A stretch of DNA of 64,000 bases from contig RFVJ01000001.1 of the NCBI GenBank assembly GCA_009928125.1, forward strand, positions 4 to 64,003, given 5' to 3'. This stretch comes from Betaproteobacteria bacterium. Its GTDB lineage: Bacteria; Pseudomonadota; Gammaproteobacteria; Burkholderiales; Burkholderiaceae_C. Below, piece by piece: positions 9,844 to 20,281 of the stretch (within the stretch, counting starts at the first letter, position 1; each line of letters starts with the position of its first letter). The notes under the pieces were generated by a model. The model was not told where the DNA came from and did no database searches. It saw only the letters and a program-made list of their open reading frames with translations. The translations under genes and the position numbers were made by a program.

Positions 9844-11614
9844 CAGAATGCCTCCTCCGACAAATTGGCACAGGTCATGTCACGGTTGCCAACCACATTG
9901 AGCCAAGCATCGATCTTGGGTAATTCGTAGCGGTAGAAATAGTGTGCGGCTGCTTGTCGACCTGTTTGTTGGGGTGAATTTTCGCCTCTGCATGAAGCGC
10001 TGACGTCCAACCAGATCCAAGCCAAAACCAAATGACCAAATGCTTGCAAATAAGGCACCGCGTTGGCCAAAGCCTCTTGGGGCTGTCCAGTTGACCAGGC
10101 CGACTGGGTGGCCTGCGTGACTTTGTGCAGTGCGGCGGTCAGTGCTTTGGCGTTGTCTGCCAAATCGGGGAAGGCTTGTGCTTTGTGAGCCGTTGCCATC
10201 ATGCGTGCACCCAAAAGCTTCACGCCCTTGCCTTCTTCCATCAACACTTTGCGACCTAACAAATCCATGCCTTGAATGCCATGGGTGCCTTCATGAATCA
10301 TGTTCAGGCGGTTGTCGCGCCAATACTGTTCGACCGGAAAATCCCGTGTGTAACCGTAGCCGCCGTGAATCTGAATGGCCAAGCTGTTGGCCTCCAAACA
10401 CCATTCGCTGGGCCAACTCTTTGCAATGGGCGTCAACACCTCGAGCAACAATCGAGCTTCATCTGCATTCTCTACAGATCCCGTGTGTTGTTCGTCCACC
10501 AATCTGGCGCAATACAGTTCCAGCGCCAAAGCACCTTCGCAATATGATTTTTGAGCCAGCAACATGCGTTTGATGTCTGCATGTTCAATGATGCGAACCT
10601 GCGCTTGCGCAGCATCTTTCACCACCTTCTGCGTACCACCAGCAACGGGTCGCCCTTGGGGCCGGTTTTTGGCATACGCCAAACTGGCCTCATAACCAGC
10701 CATGCCCAACATGGTGGCAGCCAGCCCCACCCCGATGCGCGCTTCGTTCATCATGTGAAACATGTAACCCAAACCACGACCTGGTTCGCCCACCAAATAT
10801 CCCACAGCACCCGTGCCATCCGATGCTGTGTTGTCCGTTGCGACTTTGAACTTGCCCTCGCCGAAATTCAGCAATGTGTTGGTGGTCCCTCGCCAGCCAC
10901 ATTTGTGGTTCAAGCCTGCCAAAGCCACATCGTTGCGGACACCTGTCAACTGTCCTTCTGTGTTCACCATTTTTTTGGGTACGATGAACAGGGAAATACC
11001 TTTAACGCCTGGAATTAACTTGCCATCAGGCCCTTGAGGCGATAGCGTGCACCCAAGGGGTCGTTCTGAAACCCATCACCATCAGGCGTGGCACGCGTCA
11101 TGACGTCACTCAAGGAGGAGCCAGCTTGGGGCTCAGACAAGCACATGGTGCCTGACCAACGGCCAGAAAACTCATTGAGTGCAAACACTTTCTTCTGCAA
11201 TTCCGAACCATGTGCCATCAGCAAATTGGCGTTGCCCACCGTCAGCAGTCCCGACCCCATGCTCACGGAGGCCATCGCAAAGAAAGTGTTGGCGGCCGCT
11301 TCAACGGTGTAGGGCAATTGCATACCGCCAATCTCGTAGTCTTGTGCGGCACTGAGCATGCCAGATGCCGCATAGGCTTTTTGGGCATCGTGCGTGGCTT
11401 GCGGCAAGATCACTTTGTCGCCATCAAATCGCGGCTCTTCGGTATCGACAAGGCGATTGAATGGCGCGTATTTTTCACGGGCAATTCGTTCGCAGGTGTC
11501 TAGCACGGCATCGAAAGTCTCTTGACTGTGGTCCGCAAAACGTTCGCGTTGTTGCAGTTGGTTCACGTCCAACCATTCGTACAACAAAAAATCCAGCGTA
11601 GTCCGAAGGCTCAT
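9843..11614 (-). pseudogene. ~600-aa class acyl-CoA dehydrogenase (DmdC-like), interrupted by deletion/frameshift at ~11030
   Basis: N-part GTMCLSEPQAGSSL...RYRLKG; C-part PDGKLIPGVKGISLFIVPK...MFHMMNEARIGVG...QIHGGYGY...IHEGT; the KMWIS-type segment is missing. Confidence 0.9.
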
Positions 11615-11642
11615 GGCAAATTGACCTCAGTGAAAATGAAAA

Positions 11643-11673
11643 CGGGCGGCCTGCATGGTTAGCGGGTCGCCCG
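11643..11673 (-). terminator. GC-rich hairpin after thiolase, possible intrinsic terminator or stabiliser
   Basis: CGGGCGGCCTGC-N7-GCGGGTCGCCCG; followed on the minus strand by TTTTCATTTTC. Confidence 0.55.
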
Positions 11674-11704
11674 AGGTTGCTTGTTGAATGTGAAGCGCGT
11701 GCGC

Positions 11705-12880
11705 TTAGAGTACTTCAAAAATACCACAAGCACCCATGCCGCCTCCAATGCACATGGTGACGGCCACTCGCTTGGCACCGCGACGTTTGCCTTCGATCAA
11801 TGCGTGTCCCGTGAGGCGTTGTCCGCTGACACCGTAGGGGTGACCCACAGCAATGGCACCGCCATTGACATTCAGGCGATCGGGTGGAATGCCCAAAGTG
11901 TCGCGGCAATACAAAACTTGCACCGCAAAGGCTTCGTTCAATTCCCACAAGTCAATGTCGGAAACTTTCAGACCCAAACGTGCCAATGCTTTGGGCACTG
12001 CATAGACAGGGCCAATGCCCATTTCATCGGGTTCACAGCCTGCAACAGCGAAACCCAAGAAACGGCCAAGTGGCTTCAAGCCACGCTGCTCAGCCAATTT
12101 TTCATCCATGACGACGCATGCGCCTGCACCGTCCGAAAACTGGCTTGCATTGCCCGCAGAAATCAAACCACCCGGCAAGGCTGACCGCAACCCGTGAATG
12201 GCATCAAACGTGGTGCCTTCACGCAGACCCTCGTCTTTGCTGACCGTCACTTGCTTGGTCATCAGGCCCATGGTTTTATCGATCACACCGGCGGACACAG
12301 TGATGGGTGCAATTTCAGCATCAAACAAACCGGCAGCCTGTGCAGCACAAGCTTTTTGTTGGCTGGCGGCACCGTACTCGTCCATGCGGTCGCGTCCAAT
12401 TTTGTAACGCTTGGCAACTTGCTCGGCGGTTTGAAGCATGCTCCAATAAATTTCAGGCTTCATCTTGTTCAATGACAGATCCTGCAGCATGTGTTGATTC
12501 ATTTCTTGTTGTACACAAGAAATACTTTCCACACCACCCGCCACATACACATGGCCTTCGCCAGCAATGATTCGCTGGGCAGCCAATGCGATGGTCTGCA
12601 AACCCGATGAACAGAAACGGTTGACAGTCAGGCCCGAGACTGAGATGGGCAAGCCCGCTTTCAAAGCAATTTGACGCGCAATGTTGGCGCCCGTAGCACC
12701 CTCAGGGGTGGCACATCCCATGATGACGTCTTCTACTTCAGCAGCGTCAATGCCCGCGCGTTGAACGGCATGTTGAACCGCATGGCCACCCAACGTGGCA
12801 CCATGGGTCATGTTGAAAGCACCTTTCCAGCTCTTGGCCAGAGGTGTGCGTGCGGTCGAAACAATGACGGCGTTGGTCAT
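11705..12880 (-). CDS. acetyl-CoA C-acyltransferase (thiolase, PimB/FadA-like)
   Basis: [31 protein letters not shown]. Confidence 0.95.
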   Translation of the reverse strand: MTNAVIVSTARTPLAKSWKGAFNMTHGATLGGHAVQHAVQRAGIDAAEVEDVIMGCATPEGATGANIARQIALKAGLPISVSGLTVNRFCSSGLQTIALAAQRIIAGEGHVYVAGGVESISCVQQEMNQHMLQDLSLNKMKPEIYWSMLQTAEQVAKRYKIGRDRMDEYGAASQQKACAAQAAGLFDAEIAPITVSAGVIDKTMGLMTKQVTVSKDEGLREGTTFDAIHGLRSALPGGLISAGNASQFSDGAGACVVMDEKLAEQRGLKPLGRFLGFAVAGCEPDEMGIGPVYAVPKALARLGLKVSDIDLWELNEAFAVQVLYCRDTLGIPPDRLNVNGGAIAVGHPYGVSGQRLTGHALIEGKRRGAKRVAVTMCIGGGMGACGIFEVL

Positions 12881-12895
12881 ATTGAATACCTCTGA

Positions 12896-15007
12896 TCAGT
12901 TGAATGTTTTGCCATCTGCCACCAAACGGGCAAGCAGCGGAGCGGGTTGCCAGAAAGCGGCATCGTCGCGTGGATTTTTCGCAAAGCGTTTCATGGCTTC
13001 TGCCACATTGAACAAACCAACTTGGTCGGCGTACAACATGGGGCCGCCACGGAAGATGGGGAAGCCATAACCAGTGAGGTAAACCATGTCGATGTCGCTG
13101 GCCTTGCTGGCAATGCCCTCTTCCAAAATGTGCGCGGCTTCGTTCACCAAGGAGAACACCAGACGCTGAACGATTTCTTCGTCTGAAATCTTGCGGGGTG
13201 TGATGCCCTCAGCAGCACGGTGTTTTTCAATCATCTCCACCACCAAGGCGCTGGGAATGGCATCGCGCTTACCAGCTTGGTAGTCGTACCAGCCAGCACC
13301 GGTCTTTTGACCGAATCGGCCCATCTCACACAAGAGATCGGCAGTTTTGCTGTACTTCATGCCAGGACGCTCAACATTGCGACGTTTGCGAATGGCCCAG
13401 CCGATGTCGTTACCAGCCAAGTCACCCATGCGGAACGGACCCATGGCAAAACCGAATTTCTCTACGGCCTTGTCGACTTGTGCAGGCGTGCAGCCTTCTT
13501 CAATGAGGAAGCCTGCTTGACGGCTGTATTGCTCGATCATGCGGTTGCCGATAAAGCCATCGCATACACCTGAGACCACGGCGGTTTTCTTGATCTTTTT
13601 GCCCAAAGCCATGACAGTGGCCAACACATCTTTGCTGGTCTTGGCGCCACGAACAACTTCCAACAACTTCATGACATTGGCAGGGCTGAAGAAATGCATG
13701 CCCACCACGTCTTCCGGCCGCTTGGTGAACGAGGCGATTTTGTTGACATCCAATGTGGATGTGTTGGAAGCCAAGATGGCACCGGGCTTCATCACTTCAT
13801 CGAGTTTCTTGAAGACGGTTTCTTTCACGCCCATCTCTTCGAACACAGCTTCAATGACCAAGTCAGCACTGCCAATGTCATCGTAGCTCAAGGTGGTGGT
13901 GAGCAGGGCCATGCGTTGCTCGTATTTGTCCTGTTTCAGCTTGCCCTTTTTAACCTGAGCTTCGTAGTTCTTGCGAATGGTGGCCACACCGCGGTCCAAA
14001 GCTTCTTGCTTCATCTCGAGCATGGTGACAGGGATGCCAGCGTTCAAGAAATTCATGGAGATGCCACCCCCCATGGTGCCTGCACCAATCACAGCCACTG
14101 ACGCAATGTTGCGCTTGGGGGTGTCCTCGGGCACATCTGGAATTTTGGAGGCGGCACGGTCAGCCATGAAAATGTGACGCAGTGCGCGGCACTCCGGTGT
14201 CCACATCAAATTGGTGAAAATTTCACGCTCGTAGACCATGCCGTCTTCGAATTTTTTCTTGGTTGCAGCTTCTACCGCGTCCACACACTTGGGTGGCGCT
14301 GGGAAGTTTTTGGCCATGCCTTTGACCATGTTGCGTGCGAACTGGAAGTAAGCATCGCCTTGGGGGTGTTTGCAGGGCAGATTGCGAACCAAGGGCAAAG
14401 CAGATCCGTCGGCGTGTTGAGTGGCCAACTCTTTGGCGTAAGCCAAGGCTTCAGCAGCCAAAGATTCTGCCGATGTTGCCATGCGGTCGAACAATTTTTG
14501 ACCGGGCAACATGGCCAGCATTTCGCTGTTGATAGGCTCACCGCTCACGATCATGTTGAGCGCCGGCTCGACGCCGATGACACGTGGCAAGCGTTGGGTA
14601 CCCCCCGCGCCTGGAATCAAGCCAAGTTTGACTTCGGGCAAAGCCACTTTACAGCCAGGCGCTGCAATGCGGTAGTGGCAACCCAAGGCCAGTTCCAATC
14701 CACCCCCCATGGCGACCGAGTGCACTGCTGCCAAAACTGGTTTGGCGGAGTTTTCACAAGCCCGAATGACGCTCAACAGGTTGGGTTCTTGAATGGCTTT
14801 GGGTGAACCAAATTCACGGATGTCAGCGCCGCCTGAAAAGGCTTTGCCAGCACCAGTGATGATGACGGATTTGACGGCGGCATCGCTGTTGGCTTTTGTC
14901 AAGCCGTCCGTGATGCCAACGCGGGTTGCAAGTCCCAGCCCATTGACGGGCGGGTTGCTCAGGGTGATCACGGCGACATCGCCAATGACTTTGTATTCAG
15001 CGGTCAT
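12896..15007 (-). CDS. bifunctional enoyl-CoA hydratase / 3-hydroxyacyl-CoA dehydrogenase (PimF/FadB-like)
   Basis: FSGGADI, GGGLEL, PEVKLGLIPGAGGTQR, GAGTMG, SNTST, MHFFSP; start ATG 15007 after AGAGG RBS. Confidence 0.95.
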   Translation of the reverse strand: MTAEYKVIGDVAVITLSNPPVNGLGLATRVGITDGLTKANSDAAVKSVIITGAGKAFSGGADIREFGSPKAIQEPNLLSVIRACENSAKPVLAAVHSVAMGGGLELALGCHYRIAAPGCKVALPEVKLGLIPGAGGTQRLPRVIGVEPALNMIVSGEPINSEMLAMLPGQKLFDRMATSAESLAAEALAYAKELATQHADGSALPLVRNLPCKHPQGDAYFQFARNMVKGMAKNFPAPPKCVDAVEAATKKKFEDGMVYEREIFTNLMWTPECRALRHIFMADRAASKIPDVPEDTPKRNIASVAVIGAGTMGGGISMNFLNAGIPVTMLEMKQEALDRGVATIRKNYEAQVKKGKLKQDKYEQRMALLTTTLSYDDIGSADLVIEAVFEEMGVKETVFKKLDEVMKPGAILASNTSTLDVNKIASFTKRPEDVVGMHFFSPANVMKLLEVVRGAKTSKDVLATVMALGKKIKKTAVVSGVCDGFIGNRMIEQYSRQAGFLIEEGCTPAQVDKAVEKFGFAMGPFRMGDLAGNDIGWAIRKRRNVERPGMKYSKTADLLCEMGRFGQKTGAGWYDYQAGKRDAIPSALVVEMIEKHRAAEGITPRKISDEEIVQRLVFSLVNEAAHILEEGIASKASDIDMVYLTGYGFPIFRGGPMLYADQVGLFNVAEAMKRFAKNPRDDAAFWQPAPLLARLVADGKTFN

Positions 15008-15040
15008 GCTGTTTTCCTCTAATGGTGGTGTCAATCCCAA

Positions 15041-15060
15041 AATAGAACGGGCGTACTATT
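15041..15060. promoter_or_regulatory. 20-bp palindromic operator, FadP-like
   Basis: AATAGAACG-GG-CGTACTATT, one mismatch from a perfect dyad, 33 bp upstream of the beta-oxidation operon start. Confidence 0.7.
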
Positions 15061-15144
15061 TTTGGCAATTCTAGGGTGTTTCCGCACGTGTGTGTAGGGG
15101 GTTTGTCGCTCATGGGACGGTGTTTGACGCCCCATCCAAGCAAC

Positions 15145-15840
15145 TTAAACCTCTAACCACTCCTTACGGATGTAGGCATTGGCATTCAATTCGTCGGGTG
15201 TACCCTCGAAAACAATGCTGCCATGTCCCATGACCAAGGCACGGTCTGAGATTTTCATGGCGATCGTCAATTTTTGTTCAATGAGCAAAACTGAGACGCC
15301 TCGGTCTTTGAGCTTTTTAAGGTATTCGCCAACCAACGCCACAATTTTAGGCGCCAAGCCTTCGGTCGGTTCATCGATGATGATGAGGTCAGGGTCACCC
15401 ATCAAGGTGCGGCACAAGGTCAACATTTGCTGTTCACCACCAGACAAAACGCCTGCCTCGGTGTGTTGACGCTCCAACAAACGCGGGAACATTTGGTACA
15501 TGTCGTCAAAACTCCAACGACTGCCCTTGCCTGTTCCCTTTTGCCCTAGTAGTAAATTTTGATGGACCGTGAGTTTGGGAAAAATGTCGCGATTCTCAGG
15601 CACATAGCCCAAACCCAAGTGCGCGATCTCGAAGGCTTTTTTGCCAACGATGGCTTGTCCCTTCCAATCAATTTGGCCTTGACAGTCCACCAAGCCCATG
15701 ATGGCTTTTGCAGTGGTCGATCGACCAGAACCATTTCGCCCCAAAAGCGCCACAATTTCACCCGGCTTGACGTTGAAACTCACGCCGTGCAACACATGGC
15801 TTTTGCCGTAGAAAGCATGCAGGTTTTCAATGTGCAACAT
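15145..15840 (-). CDS. ABC transporter ATP-binding protein (LivF-like)
   Basis: GRNGSGRST Walker A variant, LSGGEQQML signature, DEPTEG. Confidence 0.93.
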   Translation of the reverse strand: MLHIENLHAFYGKSHVLHGVSFNVKPGEIVALLGRNGSGRSTTAKAIMGLVDCQGQIDWKGQAIVGKKAFEIAHLGLGYVPENRDIFPKLTVHQNLLLGQKGTGKGSRWSFDDMYQMFPRLLERQHTEAGVLSGGEQQMLTLCRTLMGDPDLIIIDEPTEGLAPKIVALVGEYLKKLKDRGVSVLLIEQKLTIAMKISDRALVMGHGSIVFEGTPDELNANAYIRKEWLEV

Positions 15841-15841
15841 G

Positions 15842-16612
15842 TCAGTGGCCTCCCGCTTGCTCATCGGCCACATGAGAACCTAAATAAGCCTCTTGGACGC
15901 GCGCATTCGATCTGACCGCTTCAGGGGTGTCGTAAGCAATGACCTCGCCATACACCACCACGGCAATTTTGTCTGCCAAGCCAAACACAACCCCCATGTC
16001 ATGCTCAACCGTGAGCAAGGTTTTGCCCACGGTCACTTCTTTGATCAAGTTGATAAAGCGACTGGTTTCACTTTTGCTCATGCCCGCTGTGGGTTCGTCT
16101 AGCAAAATGACATCAGCGCCGCCAGCAATGGTGATACCAATCTCCAGTGCACGCTGCTCTGCATAGGTCAGGTTCATGGCCAGCAAATCACGCTTCTTGT
16201 CGAGGCGGATCATTTCCATGTACTTTTCGGCCAGTTCGTTGGCATCTTTCAAACCTGACAAGAATTTCAGAAAGGTGTACTTGTATCCAAGACTCCACAA
16301 CACCGCACAACGCAAATTCTCAAAGACACTGAGTTTGGGAAAGATGTTGGTAATTTGAAAACTTCTTGACAAACCCATCCGGTTGATTTCGTAAGGGGCT
16401 TTGTGGTCAATGCGTTGGCCATTGAGCAAAATTTCACCGCTGGTGGGGCCAAATCGACCGCTGATCAAATTGAACAAGGTTGATTTGCCAGCACCGTTGG
16501 GGCCGATGATGGCCACACGCTCACCCGCGTTAACCGCCAAATTGGCACCTCGGATGATTTCTGTTTTTCCGAAGTTTTTCCGGAGATCTTTGAGTTCTAG
16601 CGCATAAGACAT
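15842..16612 (-). CDS. ABC transporter ATP-binding protein (LivG-like)
   Basis: GPNGAGKST, LLDEPTAG, VEHDM, VQEAYLG. Confidence 0.93.
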   Translation of the reverse strand: MSYALELKDLRKNFGKTEIIRGANLAVNAGERVAIIGPNGAGKSTLFNLISGRFGPTSGEILLNGQRIDHKAPYEINRMGLSRSFQITNIFPKLSVFENLRCAVLWSLGYKYTFLKFLSGLKDANELAEKYMEMIRLDKKRDLLAMNLTYAEQRALEIGITIAGGADVILLDEPTAGMSKSETSRFINLIKEVTVGKTLLTVEHDMGVVFGLADKIAVVVYGEVIAYDTPEAVRSNARVQEAYLGSHVADEQAGGH

Positions 16613-17785
16613 CACGCTGTCTCCCGACGTTTAATTTCTTTTTCAATGTCGATTTGGATGTCACCCCATTCCATCAGGAATTGACGGCGTGCGGCTTCAA
16701 ACAAGCCCAAGCCAGTGAGCATGACAAATACAGCACCAAACCAGCTGTCAACACCTTTGGCATTCAGAGTCATGCCCATGAACTTCAAAGTGTCACCCAA
16801 AGCTGAGTTCAGTTGCAGGTGGTAAACCATTTCGATCATGGCCCCCGCACCAATCAAGGCCACAAACGCAGTCACAAAGAGTCCCAAATAACTGACCCAA
16901 ATTTTTGGTCAACTCAGACAAAAGCACAAAGGCCAAGACCATGAGAATGCCGCCAATGATGGGGCCAAAGAAGAAGGTGGCGCCACCCAAAAAGGTAAAC
17001 AGCAAATAACCACCCGAACGGCCAGCACCCACCACTTCCGCCGTGACAATTTCAAAGTTGAGGGCACCCAGTCCACCTGAAATGCCAGCAAAAAAGCCAG
17101 CAATGATGAACGCAAAATACCGCACCCGTTGTGTGTTGTAGCCAATGAATTCAACACGCTCGGGGTTGTCGCGCACGGCATTCAAAATGCGGCCCAATGG
17201 CGTTTGGGTGAAAGCGTACATCAGGGCTACACACACAAAGGTGTAAATGGCAATCAAATAATAGATTTGAATTTGCGGACCAAACGTGATGCCCATGAAG
17301 GCTTGACCTGCCACGCGGTTACCCGAGATGCCCGCCTCACCACCAAAGAATTCAGAGAACATCAAGGACATGGCAAACACCAGCTCTGCGACGCCCAAGG
17401 TGATCATGGCAAAGGGGGTGCCCGCCTTTTTCGTTGTGACATAACCCAAAAGGACAGCAAAGCCAATGCCGGCCAGTCCGCCAACCAAAGGGATCAGGCT
17501 CACGGGAATATTGGAATGACCGCCACTGATGGCGTTCAACGCGTGGATGGCGACAAATGAGCCAAGGCCTGTGTACACAGCATGGCCAAAACTCAACATG
17601 CCGCCCTGCCCTAACAAAATGTTGTAGGACAAACAAGCAATGATGGCGATCCCCATTTGCGCCAGCATGGTGCCCGACAAATTGCTGGTAAAGACCAAAG
17701 GCGCAAATATCAGGACAATGGCAAACAGGCTCCAGATCACCCATCGACCAACGTTGTAAGGTTTGAATTTGTAGGTACTGCTCAT
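16612..17785 (-). pseudogene. branched-chain amino acid-type ABC permease (LivM-like), interrupted by deletion/frameshift at ~16903
   Basis: GQGGMLSFGHA, FAMITL, AVRDN; ...LLSELTK joined out of frame to IWVSYLGLFV... Confidence 0.88.
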
Positions 17786-17789
17786 GTCA

Positions 17790-18824
17790 TCATCCTTCGC
17801 GGGTACCCAAGAGTCCCTTTGGACGGAAAATCAAAATCAAAACCAAGAACAAGTAAGGCAAGATGGGTGCGACTTGCGACACGGTCAGCTTGAGGATGGG
17901 GTTGTTGGTCAAAGCATCTGACAAACTGAAACCCATGTTTTTGGCAACGCTGATGAAGGAGTAGTCAAACGCGATGGCAAAAGTCTGAATCACACCGATC
18001 AAAATGGACGCCAAAAAGGCGCCAGACAAAGAGCCCATACCCCCTACGACCACCACCACAAATATCACTGAGCCAACTGTGGCAGCCATGGCCGGTTCGG
18101 TCACGAAAGTGCTACCGCCAATGACGCCCGCTAAACCTGCCAGCCCTGTTCCTGCACCGAACACCAGCATGAAAACGCGTGGCACGTTGTGGCCCAAAGA
18201 TTCAACGGTTTCAGGGTGGGTCAAAGCGGCTTGAATGACCAAGCCAATGCGGGTTTTGGTGAGCAACAGCCACAAGGACAACAACATGAGCAAGGCCACA
18301 ATCATCATGAAGCCTCGGGTTGCAGGAAATGGCGTGCAAACCAAACGAACGGCAGCATCTGCTGACTTGCACATTTCAGCGGGTGCTGCGCCCCAAACCA
18401 ATTGCATGCCCTGAATGGAATGGTTGACCAAAGTGAACGCAGAGCCCTTGAGCAACTCAGGGGGGACAAACTCGACTGCGGTTCGACCCCAAATGAGCTG
18501 AACCAACTCATACACAATGTAAGACAAGCCAAATGTCACCAGAAGTTCGGGGACATGACCAAACTTGTGAACTTTGCGCAATGTCAGGCGCTCAAAAACA
18601 ACGCCAACACCGCCGACCAAAATAGGTGCCACCAGCAAGGCAGGCCAAAAACCAATGATGCTGGTGAGCGTGTAACCAAAATAAGCACCAATCATGTAGA
18701 AAGATGCATGAGCGAAATTCAAAACGCCCATCATGCTGAAGATCAGGGTCAAACCCGAGCTGAGCATGAATAACAACAGCCCGTAGCTCAAACCATTGAG
18801 CATGGAGATGATGAAGAACTCCAT
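17790..18824 (-). CDS. branched-chain amino acid-type ABC permease (LivH-like)
   Basis: GLTLIFSMMGVLNFAH, VVVVGGMGS, FRPKGLLG. Confidence 0.93.
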   Translation of the reverse strand: MEFFIISMLNGLSYGLLLFMLSSGLTLIFSMMGVLNFAHASFYMIGAYFGYTLTSIIGFWPALLVAPILVGGVGVVFERLTLRKVHKFGHVPELLVTFGLSYIVYELVQLIWGRTAVEFVPPELLKGSAFTLVNHSIQGMQLVWGAAPAEMCKSADAAVRLVCTPFPATRGFMMIVALLMLLSLWLLLTKTRIGLVIQAALTHPETVESLGHNVPRVFMLVFGAGTGLAGLAGVIGGSTFVTEPAMAATVGSVIFVVVVVGGMGSLSGAFLASILIGVIQTFAIAFDYSFISVAKNMGFSLSDALTNNPILKLTVSQVAPILPYLFLVLILIFRPKGLLGTREG

Positions 18825-18865
18825 AAAACTACTTTCCGCCACCCATGGCAAGTCGCAACCAACAA

Positions 18866-18898
18866 GAAGGGCCCGACCCCCTGAGGAGCGGGCCCTTC
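18866..18898. other. intercistronic stem-loop between binding-protein and permease genes
   Basis: GAAGGGCCCG...CGGGCCCTTC perfect 10-bp stem with no U-tract; the usual position for an mRNA-stabilising hairpin. Confidence 0.7.
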
Positions 18899-18914
18899 CG
18901 AAGACTTACATCCA

Positions 18915-20150
18915 TTAACCTGGACGCTTCATTTGGCAGCTGGTGGGCGTGCTTGAAATGTAGGAAGGGAACTCCTTCACAGGCACCAAGGTCATGCCAG
19001 TGTTCTCAACGCTGTAGTTGTATTTCTTGTCAACCTTGCTCCAGACGGTGAGGTACAGGGGTTGCTGCAATTGGTGGTCGGTTTTGCGCATTTCAATTTC
19101 GCCATTGAACACGCTGGTGCTCTTGATGCCTTCAAGCGCTGCAGCAACTTTGACAGGGTCGGTTGATTTGGCTTTGGCCATGGCATCACCCAAAGTGGTG
19201 AAAATGCTGTGAACAGAACCTGTGTAGAAATCGTCGTTGAACTTGGCTTTGAATTCATCTTGCCATTTGTCCATTTGTCCGCCCATTTTGTAGTGACCAT
19301 AAGCGATTTGGAAGACGCGTCCTTCGCCATTCTTGCCCAAAGCGGTGGGGGTGCCAGTGACACCGGTGTAATAGGTGTAGAAGTTGCCTGTGAAGCCGCC
19401 TTCGTTGGCAGCCTTCACCAACAAGGCCAAGTCGGAACCCCAGTTGCCAGTCACCACAGAATCAGCGCCGGACGCTTTGATTTTGGCGATGTAAGGTGCA
19501 AAGTCGCGAACTTGCGCCAATGGGTGCAAATCTTCTCCGACAATTTGAATGTCAGGACGCTTGCGATTGATACCCTCTTTGAAGAACTTGGCCACTTGGT
19601 GACCGTGTGAATAGTTTTGGTTCAGCAAGAAAATTTTCTTGGTTTCTGGACGGTCCTTCATGAAGGTTGTCAGTGCTTCCATCTTCATGGAAGTGTCTGC
19701 GTCATAGCGGAAGTGCCAGTAGCTGCACTTGCTGTTGGTGAAGTCGGGGTCCACCGCAGAGTGGTTCAAGAAAATGATTTCTTTGCCAGGGTTGCGTTCG
19801 TTGTGTTTGTTGACAGCTTCAATGAGCGCGCCTGCCACACCCGAGCCATTGCCCTGGGTGATGTAGCGGATGCCTTGATCGGTGGCTGCTTTCAAGGCGT
19901 TCAAGCTTTCAGCGGGGCTGAGCTTGTTGTCAAAACCGATCACTTCAAATTTGACGCCCGCTGGATTGATTTTGTTGTATTTCTCAGCAAAAAACTGGAA
20001 GCTTTTAAGTTGGTTGTTGCCCACAGGTGCCATCAGGCCAGACAAGGGGTCAATCCATGCGATTTTGACGGTTTCTCCTTTTTGAGCAAAAGCACCGAAA
20101 GCACACATTGCCAAGGAGGCAACAGCAATAGAACGAACTGCAAATTTCAT
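18915..20150 (-). CDS. ABC transporter substrate-binding protein (LivK/HAAT family)
   Basis: signal peptide ending AFA, KIAWIDPLSG, DFAPYIAKIKASGAD; GGAG RBS. Confidence 0.93.
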   Translation of the reverse strand: MKFAVRSIAVASLAMCAFGAFAQKGETVKIAWIDPLSGLMAPVGNNQLKSFQFFAEKYNKINPAGVKFEVIGFDNKLSPAESLNALKAATDQGIRYITQGNGSGVAGALIEAVNKHNERNPGKEIIFLNHSAVDPDFTNSKCSYWHFRYDADTSMKMEALTTFMKDRPETKKIFLLNQNYSHGHQVAKFFKEGINRKRPDIQIVGEDLHPLAQVRDFAPYIAKIKASGADSVVTGNWGSDLALLVKAANEGGFTGNFYTYYTGVTGTPTALGKNGEGRVFQIAYGHYKMGGQMDKWQDEFKAKFNDDFYTGSVHSIFTTLGDAMAKAKSTDPVKVAAALEGIKSTSVFNGEIEMRKTDHQLQQPLYLTVWSKVDKKYNYSVENTGMTLVPVKEFPSYISSTPTSCQMKRPG

Positions 20151-20281
20151 ATTTAGCTCCATCAGTTATGAAAAACTTCAACGGGTGTCAGCGTAACGCT
20201 TTTGTAAGTTTTGCTGGTCGGGGTTTGCCCTAGGCGGTATCGCCCACGTGACTCCCACCGCTTCGCCACATTGGACGCCCA

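Noticed and set aside
10970-10976. T7 run in the acyl-CoA dehydrogenase as the frameshift or phase-variation site
   Set aside because: It reads in frame as PKKM; the actual break is ~55 nt away at ~11030.
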